From sequence record AP029161.1: a DNA stretch of 64,000 bases; one strand, 5' to 3'. The position numbers were made by a program, and so were the translations under genes. The notes beneath the pieces are model-generated. The model ran no database searches. It saw only the letters and a list, made by a program, of their open reading frames with translations, and was not told the origin of the DNA. This DNA is from a plasmid. Shown piece after piece: positions 28,768-39,446 of this stretch. The first letter of the stretch is position 1. The number at the start of each line of letters is the position of its first letter.

Positions 28768-28784
28768 TAATAAGGAGAAATTTA

Positions 28785-29270
28785 ATGGGTTATAGCATGT
28801 ATATGGATATCGCTTATGCTGGTCAATTAGCAGATATAAATACATATATTGCAAGAACATATTCAGCAAGTGAGGATATTCCATTAGGAGTACTTGTTGC
28901 AAGAACTGAATTAGGGAAAGAAGATGCAAAAAAAGCAATTAAAAAAGAAGACGAAATTCTAGGAATATCAATGAGAGATGTTTCTGCAATTAATGATGGA
29001 ACAGATGGTTTTAAAGCTAAATCTCCATTAGCGGCAATAAGTTTTGGTTGTATTTATGTTGCCGTTGAGTCGGATGTTAAATCTGGCCAACCTGTTTTTG
29101 TAAGAGTAGTAGAAGATGGGTCTTTAAAAGTTGGCGGATTTTCTGGAAAAGAAGATTCAACAAAATCTAATACATTAAAATTAAAAAATGCAAAATTTGT
29201 AACATCTGCTCCAGCGGGAAAGATTGCGCAAGTAGAATTACTTGGAAATCTTGAGCTTGTTGCAGTTTAA
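28785..29270 (+). CDS. head protein (possible decoration / minor capsid protein)
   Basis: Position only. Confidence 0.3.
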   Translation: MGYSMYMDIAYAGQLADINTYIARTYSASEDIPLGVLVARTELGKEDAKKAIKKEDEILGISMRDVSAINDGTDGFKAKSPLAAISFGCIYVAVESDVKSGQPVFVRVVEDGSLKVGGFSGKEDSTKSNTLKLKNAKFVTSAPAGKIAQVELLGNLELVAV

Positions 29271-29289
29271 ATAAGGAGTCAATTAATTA

Positions 29290-30189
29290 ATGAATGATAC
29301 GTTTTATGTAGAAGAACAGCTTAAAAATATAATTCCCAAAGCCTATGAAGCGAAATTTCCAGCATTGAAAGCTAAAGAAATTTTCCCTGTCGATTATTCA
29401 GATGGTAATGGCGTGGACGTGATTGAATGGTATTCATATGGTGCAAGGGGTATTGCCAAAATTATTGCAAGTTACGCAGCTAAAGATATTCCACGAGTAG
29501 ATGTTGATGGAAAAAAGAATTTTATAAAGGTTTTCTCTGGTGGAGATTCTTTTGGGTACAGTATCGATGATATTAGAAAATCTCAAAGAACAGGAAAATC
29601 ACTCGAAGTTAGCAAAGCAACTGCTGCTTTAAGAGCAAATGAAGAGCTTATAGAGCGTATTGCATTTAAGGGTGATCCTAAATTTGGAATTTTAGGAATT
29701 TTAGATCATCCAAATATCCCAAGATTTTCTACATTAAAAAGTTCTACTAATAAATTTGCATGGAAAGATAAGTCAGCAAAAGAAAAACTAGACGATTTAT
29801 ATGCAATGTTTAACACAATTACAAAATCTACTAATGATATGGAAACGCCTGACTCTATCGCTTGGTCACCTGATATTCATAATTTTATGCACGAAACTCC
29901 TTATTCAGATAGGGATGCAACGCCAATTATTGAAATATTTAAAAAGGCAAAACCTGAAATAAAAAACTTTTTTAAAGTTCCTCATTTCAGCAAAGCAGGA
30001 GCAAATGATTCAGATATCGTAATAATGTTTAATAAAGATCCTGAAAAAATATGTCTTAAAATTCCACATGAAACAGAGTTCCTACCTCCGCAAACAGAAG
30101 GATTGGAACAGGTGGTTTATACAACTCTTAGAATTGCTGGGGTTGTTATTTTTATGCCATTTTCTGTTCTTATTGGTGAGGGTTATTAA
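29290..30189 (+). CDS. putative major capsid protein
   Basis: 299 aa ORF following the scaffold in the canonical order. Confidence 0.45.
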   Translation: MNDTFYVEEQLKNIIPKAYEAKFPALKAKEIFPVDYSDGNGVDVIEWYSYGARGIAKIIASYAAKDIPRVDVDGKKNFIKVFSGGDSFGYSIDDIRKSQRTGKSLEVSKATAALRANEELIERIAFKGDPKFGILGILDHPNIPRFSTLKSSTNKFAWKDKSAKEKLDDLYAMFNTITKSTNDMETPDSIAWSPDIHNFMHETPYSDRDATPIIEIFKKAKPEIKNFFKVPHFSKAGANDSDIVIMFNKDPEKICLKIPHETEFLPPQTEGLEQVVYTTLRIAGVVIFMPFSVLIGEGY

Positions 30190-30512
30190 TGAAAATCAAG
30201 TCAAATTTAAATTACATTCACTATTTCGAAAACGTTGCGATTTTACCAAATGTAAATAATATTAGCGAAGATGATTATAATAAAATCAAAGATAATCCAA
30301 TTTTTAAATACAAAAATGATGAAGGTTATTTTGAAACTAAATATGAATTTAGTCTTCAAAATTTAAATCCAGCAAGAGCAATTAAGTCTATAAATGATTG
30401 CATTGATGTGAATTTACTAAATAGTGAGCTGGAAAAAGAGACAAGAGAATCAGTTAAAAAAGCTATCATTAATAGAATTAAAGATATTTCAACTCCTGAA
30501 GAAGTGAAATAA
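30189..30512 (+). CDS. head-tail connector / head completion protein (putative)
   Basis: Position. Translationally coupled ATGA overlap with the next gene. Confidence 0.3.
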   Translation: MKIKSNLNYIHYFENVAILPNVNNISEDDYNKIKDNPIFKYKNDEGYFETKYEFSLQNLNPARAIKSINDCIDVNLLNSELEKETRESVKKAIINRIKDISTPEEVK

Positions 30513-30863
30513 ATGGAACTTACAGCAGATTTTCTTAAATCAATATTTCCTGAATTTAAAGATTATGAAAATAAAACGATCCAATATTTTATTGATTCAA
30601 ATTCTAAGAAGTTAAATAAAGATTTTTATAACATTGATTGGGAAATGGCTGTATTAAATTTATCTGCACATCAAACTTTATTAGCTAAAAAAGGTTCAAA
30701 CAAAAAAGGTGAATTAGTTTCTGAAACGATTGCGGGTGTGGACAGAACCTATAAAACAAGTCACACAAATCCAAACGATTCTTATTTTTTATCAACTATT
30801 TATGGCTCTGAGTATCTGAGGATTAAAAAGGAAAATTCATATTTTAGAGGTTTCACTACATGA
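30513..30863 (+). CDS. head-tail connector protein (putative)
   Basis: Position only. Confidence 0.3.
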   Translation: MELTADFLKSIFPEFKDYENKTIQYFIDSNSKKLNKDFYNIDWEMAVLNLSAHQTLLAKKGSNKKGELVSETIAGVDRTYKTSHTNPNDSYFLSTIYGSEYLRIKKENSYFRGFTT

Positions 30864-31378
30864 AAGTTTCTATTAAAGAAAAAATAAATATCAATTTAAA
30901 AAAGAAACTTAATGAAGTCTGCTCTTATGAAGCTTTAGTTGGAATAAACGAAAGAGATGCTCAAAAAAAGAAAACATATTTTAGTTATTCTGAGAAAAAT
31001 GGAAAGCAATTAAAATTTTCAAAAGATGTAACTCTTGGAGAAGTAGCTGCAATTCATGAGTTCGGCGACCCATCTAATAATATTCCTGAGCGTTCATTTT
31101 TACGTGACACGTTAGAAATAAAAAAAGATGAAATTATAAATAACATTAAAGAACAAATAGAGACGGCAATAAAAAGTAAATCAAGTGCAAAAATGGCTGT
31201 TAAAGCGATTTCTAATGATTTTCTGAACAAGGTTCAAGAAAGAATTTTAGATGGAATCGAACCACAACTAAGCTCTGAGACAGTTGAAAGAAAAGGTCAT
31301 GATTTACAATTAGTGGATACTGATCAGCTATTTGATTCTATAAAAAGCAGGGTAAATAAAAAAGGTGTTTCATCATGA
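30860..31378 (+). CDS. head-tail joining protein (putative)
   Basis: Position only. Confidence 0.3.
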   Translation: MKVSIKEKININLKKKLNEVCSYEALVGINERDAQKKKTYFSYSEKNGKQLKFSKDVTLGEVAAIHEFGDPSNNIPERSFLRDTLEIKKDEIINNIKEQIETAIKSKSSAKMAVKAISNDFLNKVQERILDGIEPQLSSETVERKGHDLQLVDTDQLFDSIKSRVNKKGVSS

Positions 31379-31710
31379 ATATTTTAGAAATGATGGAAGA
31401 CAAGCAAATAAATATCAAAATTTTAAGAAAAAATCCTGCAAGATTTGAAAGAGGAAGGGAAATAAAAGATTCTGCTAATGAATTTGAATTAATAGGTTTC
31501 GCTTCACCTACAAAAAATAATTCCTCTACTCAAAGCCAAGGGTCTTATTCTTTTACTTCATTAGATGTTTATACTGAAGTAGAACTGCTTACGGATGATA
31601 ATGAAAGTAAAATAGCTGACAGAGTCATTATAAATAATAAAAAATACAAAATATTAGGATGTAATTTTTGTCATGATTTTTATATCTCGCAAGGAGAATT
31701 AGAAAAATGA
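31375..31710 (+). CDS. tail completion protein (putative)
   Basis: Position only. Confidence 0.3.
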   Translation: MNILEMMEDKQINIKILRKNPARFERGREIKDSANEFELIGFASPTKNNSSTQSQGSYSFTSLDVYTEVELLTDDNESKIADRVIINNKKYKILGCNFCHDFYISQGELEK

Positions 31711-32192
31711 GTTACATCGAAAAATTTAAGGATTATTTATATGATTGGTTAGTGGGATTTGGCGAGGTTCGCTTTGCAAATCAATCCGTAGGAATTCCAA
31801 AATATCCTTTTATTATTTGCAGCATTAAGTCAATCAATAAAAGAGGTTTAGATCAAGAAATTTTGAATTTAAAAGATGATGAAGTTTTAAGATATGGTTC
31901 TAGGGATTTTAATGTTTCAATAGATATCTACGATAATGAAAATGGAAATGCTCAAGAAATTGCACAAAATATAGCGGATTATATAGATTCGAGAAGTACA
32001 AGTTTATTCTTTAGACAAATAAATTTTGTTTTAAATAGCGATGTTAAAATTGTAGATTTAACAACCCTAATTAAAACAAAATTTGAACAAAGAGTTCATA
32101 TTGACTTAACAGCAAAATACACTGCAAATATTAAAGAAAAAATTGAAACAATTGAATTAAACAAAATTAAAATAAAAGGAGAATTTAACTAA
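31707..32192 (+). CDS. tail terminator / completion protein (putative)
   Basis: Position only. Confidence 0.3.
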   Translation: MSYIEKFKDYLYDWLVGFGEVRFANQSVGIPKYPFIICSIKSINKRGLDQEILNLKDDEVLRYGSRDFNVSIDIYDNENGNAQEIAQNIADYIDSRSTSLFFRQINFVLNSDVKIVDLTTLIKTKFEQRVHIDLTAKYTANIKEKIETIELNKIKIKGEFN

Positions 32193-33283
32193 TGGTGTCA
32201 GTCAGTAACGTTGTCGAAGTTAATTTATCTCGACAAACAGCAGTTCCTAAAGAGGAAACATTTAATGTCCCATTAATATTAGGATTTAATAATTTACCTG
32301 CTTTCAATGATAAATTAGCACTGGAGTTTTATGACCCAAGTGAACTACTAGACCCTAGTATTGGGTTCACAAGCACAAGTAAAGAATATTTGATGGCACA
32401 ACAAATCTTTATGCAGGAGCCATCAATTAAAAAGTTTGTGGTTGGAAAAAGAAAAGTAAGTGTAGTAAATCCAACAGATGCAACAAAATCAATTTATAAA
32501 ATTACTGATGACCTAGATGAAATTATTAGAGCAAATAACAACTGGTACGCTCTTTTTCTTGCTGACTTTTCAGAAAAAGATGACTTAATGCAAGCGTGCA
32601 AATGGGTTGAAGCGAGTAAAAATAAAATTGGTTCTTTTAGATCTGCTGATAAAAATATTTTAGATAGTTCAAAAAATTCTGATATTGCAAATACTTTAGC
32701 AGCAGTTGGATTTAATAGATCAATGTTAACCTACCATGCAACAAATAATGAATTTCCAGAGGCTGCAATTTTAGGAAAATTTCTATCAAAAGAAGCTGGA
32801 ACATACTGTTTAGCACATAAAAATCTAAACGGGATAACAAGTCAAAATATTTTGGATAGAGAATTTAAAGCAATTCAAAACGCTTCTTGTAATGTTTATA
32901 CTGATATTCTCAGTACTCCCACATTTCAAGACGGTCGTGTATTAAATAAAGTTACTAATTTTATAGATAATCCTATTACAGAAGATTCTCTTAAAGCAAA
33001 ATTACAATCAAGAATTTTCGGTACATTTTCATTAGTTGATAAAGTTTCTTATGATAGTGATGGACTTTTAATAATCGAAAACCAAATAAGATCTGTTTTG
33101 GAAGAATTTGAAAAGAAAAAAGCTATTCTTAAAGGTTGGGAAGTTAGAGTTCCTAAATTAGAAGAAATAATTAAAAAGTATAAGGAAGACAGACAGAAAA
33201 GAGAACTAAATAATATTTGGTTTAATGCAATAATTAATGGAGCAATACAAAAAGTTTCAGTAAACGGATTTATTTCATATTAA
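32192..33283 (+). CDS. putative tail sheath protein (short, PBSX XkdK-like position)
   Basis: Gene order sheath, tube, chaperone, tape measure. Confidence 0.35.
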   Translation: MVSVSNVVEVNLSRQTAVPKEETFNVPLILGFNNLPAFNDKLALEFYDPSELLDPSIGFTSTSKEYLMAQQIFMQEPSIKKFVVGKRKVSVVNPTDATKSIYKITDDLDEIIRANNNWYALFLADFSEKDDLMQACKWVEASKNKIGSFRSADKNILDSSKNSDIANTLAAVGFNRSMLTYHATNNEFPEAAILGKFLSKEAGTYCLAHKNLNGITSQNILDREFKAIQNASCNVYTDILSTPTFQDGRVLNKVTNFIDNPITEDSLKAKLQSRIFGTFSLVDKVSYDSDGLLIIENQIRSVLEEFEKKKAILKGWEVRVPKLEEIIKKYKEDRQKRELNNIWFNAIINGAIQKVSVNGFISY

Positions 33284-33300
33284 TTTAGAAAGGTTAAATA

Positions 33301-33759
33301 ATGGCGATAGCAACTTACTCTCCAAAAGATGTAAAAGTCGTAGTTGGTGCAGCACCAATGGTTGGTTTTGCAGATGGGAGTTTTGTAGATGTTGAATATA
33401 ACGAGGAGGCTTTTAAACCATTTACGGGCGCAGATGGTAATCATGCTCGCACAAAAAATGCAAACGAAAGCGGAAAAATTACAATCAAATTAAGTCAGAC
33501 TTCTCCATGCAATGATATTTTATCTGTAATCCACAACGTGGATAGAGAAACAGGAAATGGCATTGTTCCAATTATTATCAAAGATAATTATGGGACAACT
33601 TTAGTTGTTGGAGCTGAGTGTTACATCGAAAAATCTCCAAAAATTGGTTACGGAAAAGAAATCGAAGGAAGAGAATGGGTTTTTTATGTAGCTAAATTAA
33701 AAATGCATCTTGGCGGAAATAATGTTTATGGACAACTTTATGATGGAGGTAATAAATAA
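33301..33759 (+). CDS. putative tail tube protein (XkdM-like)
   Basis: 152 aa. Immediately upstream of the chaperone / tape-measure genes. Confidence 0.45.
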   Translation: MAIATYSPKDVKVVVGAAPMVGFADGSFVDVEYNEEAFKPFTGADGNHARTKNANESGKITIKLSQTSPCNDILSVIHNVDRETGNGIVPIIIKDNYGTTLVVGAECYIEKSPKIGYGKEIEGREWVFYVAKLKMHLGGNNVYGQLYDGGNK

Positions 33760-33761
33760 TA

Positions 33762-34295
33762 ATGAGTAAAGATTTAGGAAAAGATTTATTCACTGCAATT
33801 AATTTAGATGGATATGAATATATTTGTTATCTATGGAATTCAGATAAAGCTGCTCGCTGGGTAAGGCGGTGTCAAGAAATATTTTTTAAACCTATTGCAG
33901 CTACAATCGGGAAAAATATTTCAGTTGAACAATTTTCACCAGATGAGTTTGAATTAAAAAATATGCAATTAGATATCGAAAATGGTTTTAATTCATTTTT
34001 AAACTCTGTTGATGAAGTAAAATACGTTCAATATTTGAAAGAATTATTTGCTGGAGTTGCATACAAAAATAATTCAATAAATTTTGAAATGCATTTCAGA
34101 GGAAAAATGCTCCATATGCACAAACTCGCATACAAAATTTTGGAGTTTCAATTAGCGGATTTTTTCGACGCCGTGAGAGGCGGCGCATCGAGATACCTCT
34201 CTCAGGCATCGAACAAAAAATCCATCAACTTGACGGAGGAGAAATTGAATGGGGAGTCTGGCGATTGGTCGCAGGAAGGCTTGGAAACCCAGTAG
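33762..34295 (+). CDS. tail assembly chaperone (gpG / XkdN analogue), 0-frame product
   Basis: Position upstream of the tape measure. Contains the slippery heptamer T_TTT_TTC at 34160-34166. Confidence 0.55.
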   Translation: MSKDLGKDLFTAINLDGYEYICYLWNSDKAARWVRRCQEIFFKPIAATIGKNISVEQFSPDEFELKNMQLDIENGFNSFLNSVDEVKYVQYLKELFAGVAYKNNSINFEMHFRGKMLHMHKLAYKILEFQLADFFDAVRGGASRYLSQASNKKSINLTEEKLNGESGDWSQEGLETQ

Positions 34296-34408
34296 AAATT
34301 AAAAATAATTGGTCTCTATATGATGTTGCAAATGCTCATGATTATCTTGATTTAAAGCAAGAGCAAGAGCATCTAATGAATGAATACATGAAGAGTAAAA
34401 AGCAATGA
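33762..34408 (+). other. predicted -1 programmed-frameshift fusion product of the tail chaperone (gpGT analogue)
   Basis: The -1 frame is open from 34166 to TGA at 34406-34408, which overlaps the tape-measure ATG at 34405. A GC-rich structured patch begins 2 nt after the heptamer. Confidence 0.5.
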
Positions 34409-37400
34409 CAATAATTCAAGATTTGCAGATTAAAATTGACTTTATACTAAATGAAAAGCAATTAGAAAATCTTGAAAAAATACTTCATAATATTAAGGCG
34501 GATTCTTTAAGTTTAGGAAAGAGTCATGAGGAAATAAATAAAAAGCTAAAAGAAACTGCTAATATTTATGCTAAAGAGATATTTAGTAAAAGAGAAAATT
34601 TAAGCTTAAATAGAAAGCTGAGTGACTCTCAACATAAATTCAACGAAGCTATCAAACAAACAAATAAGCTTATTGCTTCTAGTAAAGATTTAACTCAAGA
34701 CCAGTTAAAACAATTTCAAATTAAAGCCCCATCAGCTCCTAGAATTCCTCGACAAAAAAAAGAAGTAGTTGTCGAAGAAATTAAAAAAGTAATTCAAGAA
34801 AAAGTTCAACCTAAAGTTGAAAAAAAAAGAAGATCTTTGCCTGATGCTAAACTAAGGATTCAGGAACTCGAAAATAATCTTTTTAGCGGATTTTTTAATA
34901 AAAGCTATGGTGTAACTCCAACTTTTCTAAAAAACATAGAAAATCAAAAACCTAAAGATAATACATTAAATTTAGGAAGTAATTTAAATAAAAATATCAA
35001 CGCAGCTAATAGCAGCGCAATCAATTTGAAATCAAATTTAAATTCATTGAATTCTATTTTTTTAAATACGACTAAAATTAAAGTTCCTCTTCCACAAATT
35101 CCAATTCAAAATCCTGTACAAAATATTCCTATTGCTCCAAAAGTACCCAATTTTGTATTAGAAAAAAATTCAGGTATTGTTAAGGATTTAAATTTAAAAA
35201 TAAATTTTGACTTAAATGATCAACAATTAAAAGCATTAGAAAATACAATTCATAATATAAAATCTGAAGCTTTAGGTTTAGGTCATAGTCATGAAGCTAT
35301 TAATAAAAGTATTCAAAAAAATGCGAATTTGTATGCAATTGCAACATTGGATGCAGAAAATAAGTTAAATCAATTAAGCAACTCTGATTATGAATTTGCA
35401 GAAGCTTTAAAACAATCTAATTTAGGGATGTATGAAGATATCAAATTAAAAAGCATACAAGCTAAAGAAGGAAGCAAAGTATATCAAATTAATACAAAGA
35501 TTATTGAATCTCAAAAAAGATATAATGATTTAAAAAGACAAGGCGCAAATTTCACTTCGTTTTCTGACTTTCTTAAGAAAGAAGCTTTAGTTGAAAAGCA
35601 AATTCAAGACCAGAATAATAGAAATTTATTGAAAAAAATTGTTCTATATAAAGATTTATCTACTCAAGTTGCAAGTACAGGAAATAAAATAGCTCAGTCT
35701 AATCAAACAATAAATAAGAGTTTAACTAGTGCAAATTATAGAATAAATAATTTTTCAGATAATCTAAGAAATTTTACTTCTCAATTAATGTTTGTAAATC
35801 CTGCAACAATGTCCTTTGCTTTTGCTCTCCAAGGCTTTGGGCAAATGTTTAAATCTTTATCGGTTATTGCTCAAAATTCTACCGATATTGTTAAAAAATC
35901 TATTGCTTCCTTGCAACAAATTATTTTTGGATTGGGAGTTGCTGCCGCTGGAGCTGCAGGCAGTGTAGCTTATATTTCACTTTCAACAGCTAAATATGCT
36001 GAAGATATTAAAAAGAATTCTGAAATTATTGGTATGAGCGCAGACGAGTATCAGAGAATTTCTTATGCTGCAAAAATTAGTGGAATAAATCAGCAGGAAA
36101 TGGCCAGTTCTATGTCTGGTTTATTTCAAGCATTAAAAACTAATAAAGATGGAACTCTTTCAGAAGTTCAAGAGAGGTTTATAAGTTTAGGAGTTGCATT
36201 AAAAAAGTCCAATGGTGAAGCAAGAAATGTATCTGAAATTCTTAGTGATGTAGCAGATAAATTTTCTAAAATAGATTCTCCAGTTAAAAGAGCAATATTA
36301 GCGGCTGAATTATTTGGTGAAGGCGGTAGAAAAATGCTGCCATTTTTAAGCGAAGGTTCAGAAAAATTAAGACAACTAGGAATTGAAGCTGAATTGACTG
36401 GAAATGTTTTATCTGATGAACAAGTTACTAAATTAGTTATTTTGCAAAATAGTTATCGCCGTTTAACTTCAATGTTGCATGGATTAAAATTATCAATTGG
36501 TATGAGTTTAATCCCATTTATGAGTAATGTTATTCGTAGACTTTCTGATTGGTACGAAGCTAACGGGATGATTATACGTCAAAATCTATCTTCATTTTTT
36601 ACAAATGTTTCTGATAGCCTTGGGCGTTTTGCTCAATTAATAAGAAACACATATAATGTAATAACTGGATTTGCGGAAGGATTGGATAAAATAGGAATTT
36701 CTCTTTCATTTATTTCAAAAATATTATTACTTTTTGCAAGCTGGAAATTATTTGGAATTATCGGAAATATTTTATTAGGAAAATCAACTACAGGATTTTT
36801 TGGATTTATAGCCTCCAAATTTAGATGGCTTTATGCTGTTATCGCTGGGTTTTTTACTAGCATAGCTACATTTGCAACAACTCTAATTGCTGCATTTGGC
36901 TCAGGCGGATTAACTGGAGTATTAATATTTTTGGGAGATGTGATTTTAGGAATATTGGGGGCATTATTTACTGTTCCTGTTTTAATTGGCCTTGCTGTAG
37001 CTGGAATATTTTTATTAATCCAAGATTTTCTAACATGGATGGAAGGTGGAGATTCTTTATTTAAGCGGATGTTTGGTGATTGGGAGCCAGCGAAAAAGAA
37101 GATAGATGAATTTATTGAAAATGTTAAACTATTTTTTAAAAATATGTGGCAAGATATAAAGAACTTCTTCATAGAAAAATTTATAAATCCTATTAAAGAA
37201 CATGGTTTAGTCGGGATTGTAGAAGCATTTGGAAATTTATTTATAAAAATATGTGAACTAATTGTAAAATTCACTTTATATTTAGAAGATAAATTCGTTG
37301 AAATATGTTCTTCATTATTTGATATTATTGCTGAATACTCGCCTAAGTTATTTAGCTATATTTGTGATAAAATAAAAGATTTATGGAATTTTTTAAAGCC

Positions 37401-37917
37401 ATATTTAAAAACATTTTTTAACTGGATAATATATTCTACTCTTGACGGATTTAAATCTGTTGGTGATAAAATATATAATGTATTCATAAAAATCGTTGAT
37501 GATATTAAGAAAATATTTTTGGGATTATTTGATTGGCTTGGTAGTAAATTAAATAAAGGTTGGGATGCTTTTAATAATTTTTTAGGGCTAAGTAATCCTT
37601 TTGGTCTATCTAAAGGCAATTCTTATATGATTAAAGCAATTAGTGATGAAAATGGTAAACTTAAAATAATTGAAGAAAAAGAACCTAGTAATAAAAACCT
37701 AGATAATTCTTTAGGATTCTCTTCTGGAATTCCTAGACTTAATAATAATATAAACAACACTAATAAAAATGTTAATTTTAATATTCAATCTCCTTTAAAT
37801 TTAAATGTATCTTCTAATTCAGATCCCCAAGAAATCGCTAGCATGGTTCAAAAAACATGGACTGAAAACTGGGAATACCAAATGCGAATTGCAAATGATA
37901 ATATTTATAGAGGTTAA
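34405..37917 (+). CDS. tail tape measure protein
   Basis: 1170 aa, coiled-coil rich. Internal duplicated segment. C-terminal Gly-rich hydrophobic block. Confidence 0.8.
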   Translation: MTIIQDLQIKIDFILNEKQLENLEKILHNIKADSLSLGKSHEEINKKLKETANIYAKEIFSKRENLSLNRKLSDSQHKFNEAIKQTNKLIASSKDLTQDQLKQFQIKAPSAPRIPRQKKEVVVEEIKKVIQEKVQPKVEKKRRSLPDAKLRIQELENNLFSGFFNKSYGVTPTFLKNIENQKPKDNTLNLGSNLNKNINAANSSAINLKSNLNSLNSIFLNTTKIKVPLPQIPIQNPVQNIPIAPKVPNFVLEKNSGIVKDLNLKINFDLNDQQLKALENTIHNIKSEALGLGHSHEAINKSIQKNANLYAIATLDAENKLNQLSNSDYEFAEALKQSNLGMYEDIKLKSIQAKEGSKVYQINTKIIESQKRYNDLKRQGANFTSFSDFLKKEALVEKQIQDQNNRNLLKKIVLYKDLSTQVASTGNKIAQSNQTINKSLTSANYRINNFSDNLRNFTSQLMFVNPATMSFAFALQGFGQMFKSLSVIAQNSTDIVKKSIASLQQIIFGLGVAAAGAAGSVAYISLSTAKYAEDIKKNSEIIGMSADEYQRISYAAKISGINQQEMASSMSGLFQALKTNKDGTLSEVQERFISLGVALKKSNGEARNVSEILSDVADKFSKIDSPVKRAILAAELFGEGGRKMLPFLSEGSEKLRQLGIEAELTGNVLSDEQVTKLVILQNSYRRLTSMLHGLKLSIGMSLIPFMSNVIRRLSDWYEANGMIIRQNLSSFFTNVSDSLGRFAQLIRNTYNVITGFAEGLDKIGISLSFISKILLLFASWKLFGIIGNILLGKSTTGFFGFIASKFRWLYAVIAGFFTSIATFATTLIAAFGSGGLTGVLIFLGDVILGILGALFTVPVLIGLAVAGIFLLIQDFLTWMEGGDSLFKRMFGDWEPAKKKIDEFIENVKLFFKNMWQDIKNFFIEKFINPIKEHGLVGIVEAFGNLFIKICELIVKFTLYLEDKFVEICSSLFDIIAEYSPKLFSYICDKIKDLWNFLKPYLKTFFNWIIYSTLDGFKSVGDKIYNVFIKIVDDIKKIFLGLFDWLGSKLNKGWDAFNNFLGLSNPFGLSKGNSYMIKAISDENGKLKIIEEKEPSNKNLDNSLGFSSGIPRLNNNINNTNKNVNFNIQSPLNLNVSSNSDPQEIASMVQKTWTENWEYQMRIANDNIYRG

Positions 37918-37922
37918 TTAGT

Positions 37923-38498
37923 ATGGGGCTATTAAGTTTTTTTCAAAACGGTAAATCATGTTTGGCTTTTGATGATTTGGATATTGATGTTTCTTTATCA
38001 GAAACTCATTCATACGAGTCAGATATTACCAAAAACCCAGTCGAAAAAGGTTCTCCAATTTGTGATAATATTGTGCATAAACAACCCAAAGTTTCTATTA
38101 AAGGTTTATGCAGTCCATTGAAAATTGAATACTTAGGCGGAATAAAAGCTATGTCCGCTCAGTCTTTCGTCCAAAATAAATGGCAACAATTATTAAAATT
38201 AAAACTATCAGGTGAAACTCTTACATTATTTACAGGTCTTGATATTTATCCTGATATGATAATGACAACTTTGAATAAAACAAGAGACGCTTCAAACTCA
38301 AATCATTTAGAATTCACAGCTACTTTTGAAAGAATAAAAATTGTTCCAGTTGAATATACTTCTTTAAAAATAAATATGCCAAAATCTGCAAGCAAATCAA
38401 AAGTAAACTCAGAAAATAAAACTAATGCTGGATTACAAGAGAAAAAACCCGCAAGTAACTCATATATAATTGGTTTAAAGAATTTATTTGGTTTTTAA
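37923..38498 (+). CDS. hypothetical tail-associated protein
   Basis: Position after the tape measure. Confidence 0.3.
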   Translation: MGLLSFFQNGKSCLAFDDLDIDVSLSETHSYESDITKNPVEKGSPICDNIVHKQPKVSIKGLCSPLKIEYLGGIKAMSAQSFVQNKWQQLLKLKLSGETLTLFTGLDIYPDMIMTTLNKTRDASNSNHLEFTATFERIKIVPVEYTSLKINMPKSASKSKVNSENKTNAGLQEKKPASNSYIIGLKNLFGF

Positions 38499-38532
38499 AT
38501 TATAATAATTAGTAAAATAATATAAAATAAAT

Positions 38533-38548
38533 AATTTAGACAGTCCGT
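38533..38548 (+). promoter_or_regulatory. late-operon motif copy d, 40 nt upstream of the methyltransferase gene
   Basis: AATTTAGACAGTCCGT. Confidence 0.5.
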
Positions 38549-38587
38549 TAATTCTCTCCTATTAAAAATTTAGGAGGTTTTTTATTT

Positions 38588-39433
38588 ATGCAACCAGCAT
38601 TTAGCTACTATGGCGGCAAGTGCCGCATGGCAAAAGAGATTTTAAAATTGACACCCAATCACGTAACTTACGTGGAACCTTTTTGTGGTTCTGCTGCAGT
38701 TTTATTCAAAAAGAATTACATAGAGCCATCAAGTAAATATCAGGAGGTTATTAATGATAGTAATGGGTATTTAATTAATTTTTATCGTCAATTAAGAAAC
38801 AACGGAGATCAGTTAATTGAAAAACTTGAACAAACTCTTTATTCAAAAGCTGAGCATGAACTAGCAATTAAAATTGCTAAAAATCTTGATCAGTATTCCG
38901 AGCTTGAGAGAGCATGGAGTTTCTATGTTAATATTCAGCAATCATTTTCTAGTTCTTTAAATAAGGTTTGGAATATTTCCAGATGCTCAAAGAGCATGTC
39001 GTTTACATGGGTAAATAAGTTAAAAAATTTAAGAGAAATTCACTCAAGGCTTTTAGAGCTTACTGTAGAAAACGAAGATGCAATTAAATGCATTCAGAAA
39101 TGGGATGATCATGGGGTCTTTTTTTATGTAGATCCTCCTTATATTAATACTGATTGTGGGCATTATAAAGGTTACACTGTAGAACAGTATAAAGAGCTTA
39201 TTTATACTTTGGATCACTGCAAAGGTTCTTTTATTTTATCATCATATGAGAATGAATACTTGCCTAAAAAATGGAAAAAAGAGTTTCATGAACTGAAAGT
39301 AACATTTAATTCAAAAATAAAAGATAAGTCTCGGACAGAAGTTTTAAGTTTCGTAGATCGTTCTCGCTATATTAAAGATGAAAAAATCAAGGAAAATGCT
39401 AAAAAATTTGGGGAGTTATTAAGGGCTGTATAG
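38588..39433 (+). CDS. N6-adenine DNA methyltransferase (Dam / D12 class), orphan
   Basis: YYGGK, EPFCGSAAV and DPPY motifs. No adjacent restriction gene. Confidence 0.85.
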   Translation: MQPAFSYYGGKCRMAKEILKLTPNHVTYVEPFCGSAAVLFKKNYIEPSSKYQEVINDSNGYLINFYRQLRNNGDQLIEKLEQTLYSKAEHELAIKIAKNLDQYSELERAWSFYVNIQQSFSSSLNKVWNISRCSKSMSFTWVNKLKNLREIHSRLLELTVENEDAIKCIQKWDDHGVFFYVDPPYINTDCGHYKGYTVEQYKELIYTLDHCKGSFILSSYENEYLPKKWKKEFHELKVTFNSKIKDKSRTEVLSFVDRSRYIKDEKIKENAKKFGELLRAV

Positions 39434-39446
39434 AATATTTAGAACA

